From positions 33,406-81,122 of the forward strand of contig CAZQHF010000001.1 in the NCBI GenBank assembly GCA_964593535.1: 47,717 bases of DNA, in the 5' to 3' direction. The position numbers and the translations under genes were made by a program. The notes under the pieces are model-generated. The model made no database searches. It had not been told where the DNA came from and saw nothing but the letters and a program-made list of their open reading frames with translations. The stretch is from an uncultured Candidatus Saccharibacteria bacterium (GTDB lineage: Bacteria > Patescibacteriota > Dojkabacteria > SC72). Positions 1 through 9,155 of this stretch are shown here, in pieces (the stretch's first letter is position 1; each line of letters opens with the position of its first letter).

Positions 1-152
1 AATTTACCTGCAACAGTTATACCAATCATTTCTGAAACAGTAACTGCTATAAACAGAAGATCTCTAGTGACTACTTCTTTGGTATATCTTGTATAAAAGA
101 GTTTAATTGTAAGCCTTAATGTCTTTATTTTTTCATGTATAATACTGCTCAT
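1..152 (-). CDS. N-terminal fragment of a CDS that runs off the left window edge; product unknown
   Basis: A minus-strand ATG at 150-152 opens a frame still open at position 1: MSSIIHEKIKTLRLTIKLFYTRYTKEVVTRDLLFIAVTVSEMIGITVAGK... It is below the length cut-off of the supplied ORF track and has no diagnostic motif. Confidence 0.25.
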   Translation of the reverse strand, partial: MSSIIHEKIKTLRLTIKLFYTRYTKEVVTRDLLFIAVTVSEMIGITVAGK

Positions 153-170
153 ATATATCTATAATATCAT

Positions 171-635
171 GTGAACATGATTAGGGATAATAAATATCTT
201 GAAAATTTACTATATGACCTTTGGGAGAATAACTTCTGTGATGTAGGAAGATTAAATCTTGTAACTATAAAATATGGGAAGTACTCTAAAAGACAGTTGG
301 GAAGTATAAAGATGATAAAGGATAAACAAACATTTTACAAATATCTTAAAAAATACAATCTAAGTAAAGATATCTTTGAGAGTAGAACAGTATCTTTAAT
401 AAACATTACAAGATACTTCTCATATGATTACATTCCTGAATATGTTGTAAGAGCAACTATTGCACATGAACTCTGCCACTATACCCATGGTTTTAGCTCT
501 CCTCTTAAAAAACAGTATAGATATCCTCATCAGGGAGGAATAATTAGGAAAGAGCTTGAGAGTAGAGGTTTGTATGATGAATACAAAAATTCAAAGAGGT
601 GGCTTAAGGATCACTGGGTGTCAGTCATTTCATAA
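171..635 (+). CDS. SprT-like / DUF45 (YgjP-type) zinc metallopeptidase
   Basis: 154-aa ORF (GTG at 171, first ATG at 177). It has an HExxH zinc site in ATIAHELCHYTHG, preceded by the KRQLGSIKM...LINITRYF layout typical of SprT/DUF45 proteins. Confidence 0.6.
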   Translation: MNMIRDNKYLENLLYDLWENNFCDVGRLNLVTIKYGKYSKRQLGSIKMIKDKQTFYKYLKKYNLSKDIFESRTVSLINITRYFSYDYIPEYVVRATIAHELCHYTHGFSSPLKKQYRYPHQGGIIRKELESRGLYDEYKNSKRWLKDHWVSVIS

Positions 636-690
636 AAAAGAACTTTTCTTCTATACCTTTCCATATTTACCAACAATATAATGCTTAAAT

Positions 691-1230
691 ATGGAATACA
701 GTTATATAGCGGAGAATATTAAGAGATACAGAGAAAGGGCAAACATGACACAACAACAATTAGCTGATAAAGTAGGCGTAAGTTGGGAGATGATTTCAAG
801 ATATGAAAGAGAAGAGAGCCTTCCTTACAAAAAGTTAGATGAGATATCAAAGGCATTGAATGTACCTAAATCACAATTGTTAGAAAAGCATGTACCTGAT
901 AAATATAGTGGCTTGGATTATAAAATTCCATTATTTTTACACATACCTCTTTCAAACAAATTTAATTCCAATCAAACTAATTACTACTATGTTTGTCCTG
1001 AATGGATTTTGAAAATGGATAAAGAGTGTATAGCTATTGATACATCTTTAATAGACAGTAATGAGGAGAATTTCAAAATGAATGGTGTAATATATATTTC
1101 TAAACAGATTAAACCACAAAGGAATGATTGGGTTGTAGTAAGAGAGAATGGGAGATTAATAGTTAAAATATATAATGGAGATAATAACAATATATTAGGA
1201 AAGATATTGGCACAAGAGGTTAGGTATTAA
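691..1230 (+). CDS. XRE-family HTH regulator with a C-terminal LexA/CI-like (peptidase S24-like) domain
   Basis: The N-terminus NIKRYRERANMTQQQLADKVGVSWEMISRYEREES is a classic Cro/CI-type helix-turn-helix. The C-terminal GVIYISKQIKPQRNDWVVVRENGRLIVKIY resembles the S24 barrel, including the conserved Lys context. The canonical GDSM is replaced by IDTSLID. Confidence 0.65.
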   Translation: MEYSYIAENIKRYRERANMTQQQLADKVGVSWEMISRYEREESLPYKKLDEISKALNVPKSQLLEKHVPDKYSGLDYKIPLFLHIPLSNKFNSNQTNYYYVCPEWILKMDKECIAIDTSLIDSNEENFKMNGVIYISKQIKPQRNDWVVVRENGRLIVKIYNGDNNNILGKILAQEVRY

Positions 1231-1255
1231 GATATACTAGTGTCAATCAGCAATA

Positions 1256-1264
1256 TGTTATAAT
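1256..1264 (+). promoter_or_regulatory. Candidate extended -10 (TGtTATAAT) upstream of the DUF805 gene
   Basis: tgttataat lies 27 nt before ATG 1292. Confidence 0.3.
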
Positions 1265-1291
1265 TCTTCAATAAATTATTTTAATAAATAT

Positions 1292-1696
1292 ATGGCTGAA
1301 GTAAAAGAAGAAATTACCATCTTTGGTTCATACTCTTCTGTCTTAAAGAAATATGCTGAATTCGGCGGAAGGTTAAGCAGAAAGGGTTATTGGTATTTTG
1401 TCTTAGCGAACTTTTTAGTAGCAACAGCAATAAGTCTTGTAGAGTATGTTATTAGGGGAATGCCAAGCTACTCTTCATACTATGAAACTACACTGGTTCT
1501 CCCTAGTATATATTCCCTTGCAATACTTGTCCCTTCATTAGCTGCTATGGTAAGAAGATTACATGACATTGGAAAAAGTGGATGGAATGTTCTTCTTTCC
1601 CTTATACCATTGGTTGGGTCAATAGTTTTACTTGTATTTCTCTTTCAAAGAGGAGATCAGGAAGATAACAAGTATGGGGCTGTTCCTAATGAATAA
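1292..1696 (+). CDS. DUF805 family inner-membrane protein (YhaH/YhaI-like)
   Basis: GRLSRKGYWYFVLANFLV near the N-terminus and RRLHDIGKSGWNVLLSLIPLVGSIVLLVFL near the C-terminus are the hallmark DUF805 motifs. The protein ends in a NKYG tail. Confidence 0.85.
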   Translation: MAEVKEEITIFGSYSSVLKKYAEFGGRLSRKGYWYFVLANFLVATAISLVEYVIRGMPSYSSYYETTLVLPSIYSLAILVPSLAAMVRRLHDIGKSGWNVLLSLIPLVGSIVLLVFLFQRGDQEDNKYGAVPNE

Positions 1697-1714
1697 AGAT
1701 TAAGAGGAAATATA

Positions 1715-1747
1715 TAAAAAAGGACTCTATAACAGAGTCCTTTTTCT
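1715..1747. terminator. Bidirectional rho-independent terminator between the DUF805 gene (+) and groEL (-)
   Basis: A perfect 8-bp stem AGGACTCT (1721-1728) / AGAGTCCT (1734-1741) with loop ATAAC. It is flanked by an A-run on the left and a T-run on the right. Confidence 0.8.
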
Positions 1748-1767
1748 TCTTAAAACCCTTTTAGAGA

Positions 1768-3408
<1,641 letters not shown>

Positions 3409-3416
3409 TTATCTAG

Positions 3417-3719
3417 TTATTTAGCAATAGCTAAAATATCATCAGTATCAAGTATGTACCACTCCTTTCCATCAATCTCTATCTCTTCAGGAGCATATTT
3501 CTTAAAGTAGACCATATCTCCTACCTTAACATCAAATTTAAGAAGATTCCCTTTAGAATCTTTACCCTTACCAAGTGCTACAACCTTACCATATGAAGGT
3601 TTCTTCTCATCAGAAGCATTTGGGGGTATAACTAAGCCACCAGGAGTCTTTTCTTGGATCTCTTGGGGTTCAATCAACACTCTACTACCTAATGGTTGAA
3701 TTTTAATATTTTCTGCCAT
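3417..3719 (-). CDS. groS: Co-chaperonin GroES (Hsp10)
   Basis: 100 aa. IQPLGSRVLIEPQE...GGLVIP...GKVVALGKG...VGDMVYF. It lies immediately upstream of groEL. Confidence 0.98.
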   Translation of the reverse strand: MAENIKIQPLGSRVLIEPQEIQEKTPGGLVIPPNASDEKKPSYGKVVALGKGKDSKGNLLKFDVKVGDMVYFKKYAPEEIEIDGKEWYILDTDDILAIAK

Positions 3720-3743
3720 ATTAATTAATTAAAACAAATTAAA

Positions 3744-3770
3744 TTAGCAATTCACAAGCAAGACTGCTAG
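3744..3770 (-). promoter_or_regulatory. CIRCE-like HrcA operator upstream of groES
   Basis: TTAGCAATT-N9-GACTGCTAG matches 14/18 positions of the consensus TTAGCACTC-N9-GAGTGCTAA. It sits 2 nt downstream of the predicted -10. Confidence 0.7.
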
Positions 3771-3772
3771 GT

Positions 3773-3801
3773 ATTTTAATCAGCACTCAAGCAAATGTCA
3801 A
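3773..3801 (-). promoter_or_regulatory. Sigma-70 type promoter of groES-groEL
   Basis: The minus strand reads TTGACA (3801-3796), N17, TAAAAT (3778-3773). The -35 overlaps the TGA stop of the upstream ORF. Confidence 0.6.
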
Positions 3802-4400
3802 TATCTTGAACCTTTTAAGATTACTGAATCATTAAGAAGCTCAATATTTTCTATATATCTTCCTACAAGACCGTTTTCATTTAATGTAACCACTGCCTCC
3901 CCTATACCTTTATTAATCTTTACATCTATATCTGATATATCACTTACATCAAAGGGTCCTACTTTTATCTCAGTTGTATACAGCTGAGCACTCTGTATAT
4001 TATCCTTGTTTATATCTACAGATATCCAAACAGAAAAACTTTTATACATTAAATCAGCATATATTACCCATCTTGAATCACTTGGCTTTATATATATTCT
4101 TTCAACATTTACATTCTCTCCAAAATATGAATCCAGTGTGCTGTATATTACAGAACCAATTTCAGAAACATCCAGCTCCAAAGAACTTACATCATCAGTT
4201 GATAGTGCAAATTCTGCTATTTTCCCTCCAAAATCTATACTTTCTGTACTAGTTTGATTAATAACATAGGCTGTATTAATACCTTTTTCAAATTCCTTTT
4301 CCCAGTTCATATATCTTAAACTAAGATATCCTATGAATAACAGAAAGAATATTATGAGTGAAAGAAGAAATATTAAAACAAAACGAAAGACTTTTTTCAT
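3798..4400 (-). CDS. Hypothetical membrane-anchored protein (single N-terminal TM helix)
   Basis: 200-aa ORF starting 3 nt after the murJ stop. The N-terminal hydrophobic helix is FVLIFLLSLIIFFLLFIGYL. I recognised no motif. Confidence 0.6.
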   Translation of the reverse strand: MKKVFRFVLIFLLSLIIFFLLFIGYLSLRYMNWEKEFEKGINTAYVINQTSTESIDFGGKIAEFALSTDDVSSLELDVSEIGSVIYSTLDSYFGENVNVERIYIKPSDSRWVIYADLMYKSFSVWISVDINKDNIQSAQLYTTEIKVGPFDVSDISDIDVKINKGIGEAVVTLNENGLVGRYIENIELLNDSVILKGSRY

Positions 4401-4403
4401 ACT

Positions 4404-6206
4404 TTAATCTTTTAAGTTATTCCCATTTCCATTCTTGTTTAAATTCTTTATCCTATTCCAAATTCTCTTAATTAGTGCAACTGCCATATCATATTCTCTA
4501 GGAGAAAATATCTTTGAACCAAGAAGATACAAAAGGCCCCCACCAAGAGAAGTAACAACAAAGAGGATAATAACATATATAGTTCTTGAAGTATCTAATC
4601 TAAAATCAAATAACTTAAACAGAAAGTACATACCAGTAATCATAAATAAGGTATTAGCAATCTTTTTTAGAATTGGACTTACAGTTTCCTTCCATGTTAA
4701 AACTTTTTTAGTACTATTTAACATTAAAGAAGAAATTATAACCTGGAATAAATATGAAAGACTTAAACTCAATGCTAAACCACCGACTGCATAATTAGAA
4801 GTTCCTCTTGTAGTCATCCATTTCATAGTATCTTTAAAGAATGAATGAATTACAGGCATAACTCCTTCACCATTAGCTTGAGATATCTGTACCCATATCT
4901 GTTCAACTATTGGTCTCCAGTCATAATAGTGGCTAAAGAAATTTGTAAGGTAGTAAGCACCAAGCAAATTAATTACAACTCCTAAGAATATTGATATTAA
5001 AGGTTTCCATGTATTTTTTAAAGCATAAAAAGCCCTTAACAAAATTAACTCAATTGTTTGTCCTATGATTGATCCTGTTAAAAGTGCAAGAGACCAGGAA
5101 GTAAGTATAGTATCCTGCCAGTCAAAAGCTCCTGTACCATATATAAGACGAACAATAGGGAGTCTGAGTACTAAAAGTCCTGCTACAATTGGAAAGACAA
5201 GATACAAAGAAAGCTGTATAGAATCATTAAGGACCTTTTTAAAACTTACTTCATCCTTTTTATTACTGAATTTTGCTAAATCAGGGAGTGTAACTTGAGC
5301 AACAGCTCCACCGACTATACTAATAGGAAAGAAATGAAGACTGTTTGCAAATTTGTATGCACTTAGTGCTCCTGCTGTAAGAGTAAAACTAATTATTGTG
5401 TTTACTACAGTACTAATCTGCTCACCTAACACTCCTAACATTCTTGGTATTGCAAGACGAAATGCCTTTGATATTTCCTTCTTTTGTTGTTGCTCATCAA
5501 TTTCCATTTCATTTTCATTACCGTCCTCCTTATAAAACCTCTTTAGTGTTGGTATTTGAACTGCAAGATGAACAAGAGATCCTGCAACAGCAGATATTGC
5601 TATTCCTGTAACATTCATCTTAAAGACTCCAACTAAGAGATATGTTCCAAATATCATTGCAAGATCATAAAAAAGAGGTGCAAGTGATGTAACAAAGAAC
5701 TGTTTTCTTACTTGTAGATATGAAGTTATAAATGCACTTATGCTTAAAAACAGTGGAGAGAGTAAACCTATTCTAAATAACCTAAGAAAAAGAGAATAAT
5801 CTGCTTGAGTCATTCTAAATCCTATATTTAACATTGCAGAGGCACTCTCACTATTAATTATCCATTCTGTAATAGTAGGAGCAAGTATAAATGCTATTAA
5901 AATAAACAAAAAACAAAGAAGAAAGAAATACATTGTAATCTTTTTAAATAACTCATTAAGACTTTTCTTTCCTCTGTCGTATAACTGGTCTGTTAATATG
6001 GGAATAATAGCTGCATTAACAGATCCTGCAACAAGAACCATAAATATCATATCTGGAATAGTAAATGATGCCCAAAAAATATCTAATTCATGAGATGCTC
6101 CAAATAGCTGTGCAAATACCCTAAGCTTCCAAAACCCAAGTATCTTGGTTATTAGGAGCATTATCATAATAATGATTACACTATTCTTCTTTTTTAATTC
6201 TTTCAT
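4404..6206 (-). CDS. murJ: Lipid II flippase MurJ/MviN with an extended C-terminal membrane region
   Basis: 600 aa and polytopic. The N-terminal FGASHELDIFWASFTIPDMIFMVLVAGSVNAAIIPIL matches the MurJ signature FGa..DAF..AF.iPn...G.l..afiP. Confidence 0.85.
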   Translation of the reverse strand: MKELKKKNSVIIIMIMLLITKILGFWKLRVFAQLFGASHELDIFWASFTIPDMIFMVLVAGSVNAAIIPILTDQLYDRGKKSLNELFKKITMYFFLLCFLFILIAFILAPTITEWIINSESASAMLNIGFRMTQADYSLFLRLFRIGLLSPLFLSISAFITSYLQVRKQFFVTSLAPLFYDLAMIFGTYLLVGVFKMNVTGIAISAVAGSLVHLAVQIPTLKRFYKEDGNENEMEIDEQQQKKEISKAFRLAIPRMLGVLGEQISTVVNTIISFTLTAGALSAYKFANSLHFFPISIVGGAVAQVTLPDLAKFSNKKDEVSFKKVLNDSIQLSLYLVFPIVAGLLVLRLPIVRLIYGTGAFDWQDTILTSWSLALLTGSIIGQTIELILLRAFYALKNTWKPLISIFLGVVINLLGAYYLTNFFSHYYDWRPIVEQIWVQISQANGEGVMPVIHSFFKDTMKWMTTRGTSNYAVGGLALSLSLSYLFQVIISSLMLNSTKKVLTWKETVSPILKKIANTLFMITGMYFLFKLFDFRLDTSRTIYVIILFVVTSLGGGLLYLLGSKIFSPREYDMAVALIKRIWNRIKNLNKNGNGNNLKD

Positions 6207-6294
6207 AAGTGATAGTAGGTTTAAGCTTTAATATCATAATTGAAAAGCTTTTAATTTTCAAATCTTTTTAACATTTTAGTATTAAGATATTTTT

Positions 6295-6822
6295 ATGTTA
6301 CTAATAAATAGTATCTTTCCTAAACAGTGTGTTTTCTGCTCTAAAGTTGGAGAAGACATATGTAATAACTGCTTAAAAAAGATACCGCACTCTCTTCCTC
6401 AGTGTCCTATATGTCAAAAATTAAACAATGGTTATTATACACATAAAAAGTGTAGTAGCAAACCAATCCAGTGTTTTACAGGCTGGAGCATATCTAGGGA
6501 ACAAGAGATTAAGCTAAAACAGAAAGCATCTAAAGGAATAATTTCTGTATATAGATACATGCTTAGGAATATGATTTTATATCTACAAATTGAGGAAATT
6601 GTTAAAAAATCTTTTTTACTTCCAATCCGTTCAGAAGATCATACTATCTACACTCTTAACAATACACTTTGCAAAGAATTAAAGCATCGTGGAAAGAAAC
6701 AGTATATGCTACTTGTAGGATTGAGTATAGAAGATATAGGTTGGGTAATTAAAGAAACAAAGATTACCACAAAATATGCAGAGCTAAAGATATTAACTTT
6801 ATTTAATACTTTTACTCAGTAG
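6295..6822 (+). CDS. ComF-like double zinc-ribbon protein with a degenerate phosphoribosyltransferase region
   Basis: The N-terminal CVFCSKVGEDICNNCLKK...CPICQK has the ComF-type arrangement. Where the PRPP loop (vlLvDDvyTTGaT) would be, it reads YMLLVGLSIEDIG. Confidence 0.45.
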   Translation: MLLINSIFPKQCVFCSKVGEDICNNCLKKIPHSLPQCPICQKLNNGYYTHKKCSSKPIQCFTGWSISREQEIKLKQKASKGIISVYRYMLRNMILYLQIEEIVKKSFLLPIRSEDHTIYTLNNTLCKELKHRGKKQYMLLVGLSIEDIGWVIKETKITTKYAELKILTLFNTFTQ

Positions 6823-9067
6823 GTTGCTCTTCCTCTACTTTTTCTTCATTTGCACCAAGTTGCTCTAGAGAATTAATCACACCCTTGTATGTATTACTAT
6901 CTTCCAGTTTATTATTCTCAAGTATCTGTTTTGCTGCTTTTAAGTAAGTAATTGCATTTTCTGTATCTTTCTTCTCATTAAAAATGTTGGCAGAAAGAAT
7001 TAAGGATTGTACATGACTTCCATTTATAGTTAAAACTCTATTAAACATGGCAAGAGCATTATCATAATCCTCTTTAACCATATATATTTGCCCAGCTTTG
7101 TAGTAAGAATCGTAATCTAAAGGATTAATACCCACACAAGTATTTAAAGCTCCTAAGGCATCTTGTGTATAATCAGAATACCCCACACCAATTAACCCTG
7201 TATACACAGAAGCTCTTGTATTCCAGTTAGAATATGTAAGCGGAGAAGTATCTATTGCCCTTTTAGACAAATCTACTGCAGTATTCTTCCATGTTGTTAT
7301 ACTAGATAATAAAGCCTCTTTTTCAGTTTCCTCAGCATCTTTGTATTTCTCACTTAACAGATTTATTACATCAATAGAAACTAAACTTGCTCTTCTATTT
7401 GAATATGGATCAGTAGAATCATATCTTAGTGCTTTATCATAATATCCTGCCATTCTAGTTAGAAATTCCTCCCTTACCTCAATTGAAACATTCTCTTCCT
7501 GATACTTTTTCCCCGTTTCTATACCATATGCCTCAGCTCTAACAACATATGCACTATTAAGCACCTTTAAGGCAAGTAATACTACAATACCTACTGTAGC
7601 AATAGTAAACAATGCAGTCAAAAATCCATTTACTCCATTCATTGTCTTACGGATATCTTTATTAACTGAACCTGTATTAACTGCCCAGAACTTAAGTAGA
7701 AACTCTTCACTGTTTCCTTCAAGATTATATAAAGTTACCAAAAGAAGTGCTGATACAAATAACATAAAGAATGTCAAAAATGAAAAAGGCATAAAGAAAG
7801 AACCAAAAAGAATAAGTAGATGAGTTAATCCTAAAAGAAGAATATCTGAACTTCCTTTTGCACTATCACTAGATATTTGTTTTATTAACAATTTCAAAGA
7901 AACAACAACCAACAAAATAAATGCCATAATACCAAGAAGACCTCTATTGGCCAATGTAGTAAGCAATTCATTAGAACCAACTATAAAGGTTGTATTACCA
8001 AGCATTATCGTAGAATCAACAGCAGGTTTATACAGATTATATGCCACACCAAAAGAGTCATTCCCAGAACCAATTATTCCTCTAGAGAAGTTATCGACAA
8101 TGGAAGAGCTTGCTACCCTCCATGATATGTCAGACCCAAGCCTTATTGGAGTGACAGCCTCATATGATTCTCCAAGTACAGATTTTGTAAAAGATTTATA
8201 TTGAAACCCTATACTAAAGCCAAATGAAAGAACAGCAAATATTATTACAATAATTGGAAGTGATTTGAGATCTTTTCCTAATTTATTCCATATTAAGACA
8301 CAAACTAAAATTGTAAATACAAAGAAGAGAACAGGGACTAAAATACCTTGGCTTACAGAAAATATTGGAAGGGATATAAAAGATATGGCCAGAGCTACAA
8401 TTGGGAATATAATACTCTGATACTTTTCTTCTTTAAATGAGTTAATAAGGAGAAAAAGATTAAGGAATACAGAAACTCCACATATAAGCATAATCTCTTG
8501 GAATGAAAATGTAAGAGGTAATCCAACAACAAAAAATTCTTTTACATAAGGTATCCCGTTAAATATATTAACTTTTAAAACAGAAAGCATACTCAGAAGA
8601 ATAAGAATGAATAAACCTAAAGATAAAGAAGATACAGCTCTAACAATCTCCCTTCTCTTTCTTAGAAAGCCTCTTGAAAGGAAAAACAAGAAGAAAAGAA
8701 ATATTATTACAAAAAGCCCACTACCCATTCTTCCATCATATCCCCAGAAAGCCAACCATCTATCTCTTGCAAAAACAGTAGAAAGTAAAAATGAAAACAA
8801 AAATAAAAGAAATGCCTTATCTAATGGAGATTTAACAATGGATACTTTTCCATCCCATATCCATTTAACTATTTCAAGTAATATTAAAATTGAAGATAGT
8901 ACAATAAACAAAATACTCTTAATCTTTTCCGTTGAATCATATGGGAGAGGAACAACAAACCAAGGGATAATAAACAAGATTAAATTAAGAACTACTCTCT
9001 GTACTTTTGATATCTTCTCAAATTTATCAGGAAGTACTAGTGTAGATTGATTTCTTTCTTCTAACAT
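6812..9067 (-). CDS. Polytopic O-antigen ligase-like (Wzy_C family) membrane protein with C-terminal TPR repeats
   Basis: 751 aa with at least 10 hydrophobic helices. GSNELLTTLANRGLLGIMAFILL resembles the Wzy_C core (aHN.yL..lae.G.iG). The C-terminal repeats YYKAGQIYMVKEDYDNALAMFNRVL and ITYLKAAKQIL are TPR-like. Confidence 0.6.
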   Translation of the reverse strand: MLEERNQSTLVLPDKFEKISKVQRVVLNLILFIIPWFVVPLPYDSTEKIKSILFIVLSSILILLEIVKWIWDGKVSIVKSPLDKAFLLFLFSFLLSTVFARDRWLAFWGYDGRMGSGLFVIIFLFFLFFLSRGFLRKRREIVRAVSSLSLGLFILILLSMLSVLKVNIFNGIPYVKEFFVVGLPLTFSFQEIMLICGVSVFLNLFLLINSFKEEKYQSIIFPIVALAISFISLPIFSVSQGILVPVLFFVFTILVCVLIWNKLGKDLKSLPIIVIIFAVLSFGFSIGFQYKSFTKSVLGESYEAVTPIRLGSDISWRVASSSIVDNFSRGIIGSGNDSFGVAYNLYKPAVDSTIMLGNTTFIVGSNELLTTLANRGLLGIMAFILLVVVSLKLLIKQISSDSAKGSSDILLLGLTHLLILFGSFFMPFSFLTFFMLFVSALLLVTLYNLEGNSEEFLLKFWAVNTGSVNKDIRKTMNGVNGFLTALFTIATVGIVVLLALKVLNSAYVVRAEAYGIETGKKYQEENVSIEVREEFLTRMAGYYDKALRYDSTDPYSNRRASLVSIDVINLLSEKYKDAEETEKEALLSSITTWKNTAVDLSKRAIDTSPLTYSNWNTRASVYTGLIGVGYSDYTQDALGALNTCVGINPLDYDSYYKAGQIYMVKEDYDNALAMFNRVLTINGSHVQSLILSANIFNEKKDTENAITYLKAAKQILENNKLEDSNTYKGVINSLEQLGANEEKVEEEQPTE

Positions 9068-9107
9068 TTTAGGCAGTAATAAAATTATCCTACTATAAGA
9101 AATATGT

Positions 9108-9144
9108 TAACAGAAAATGGAGAGGGATTAAAGTCCCCCTCCAT
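9108..9144 (-). terminator. Probable terminator of the hrcA-grpE-dnaK operon
   Basis: An 11-bp stem with one mismatch, ATGGAGAGGGA (9117-9127) / TCCCCCTCCAT (9134-9144), with loop TTAAAG. On the minus strand a T-rich tract (ATTTTCTG) follows. It lies 12 nt past the dnaK stop. Confidence 0.6.
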
Positions 9145-9155
9145 TATTTATTGTT

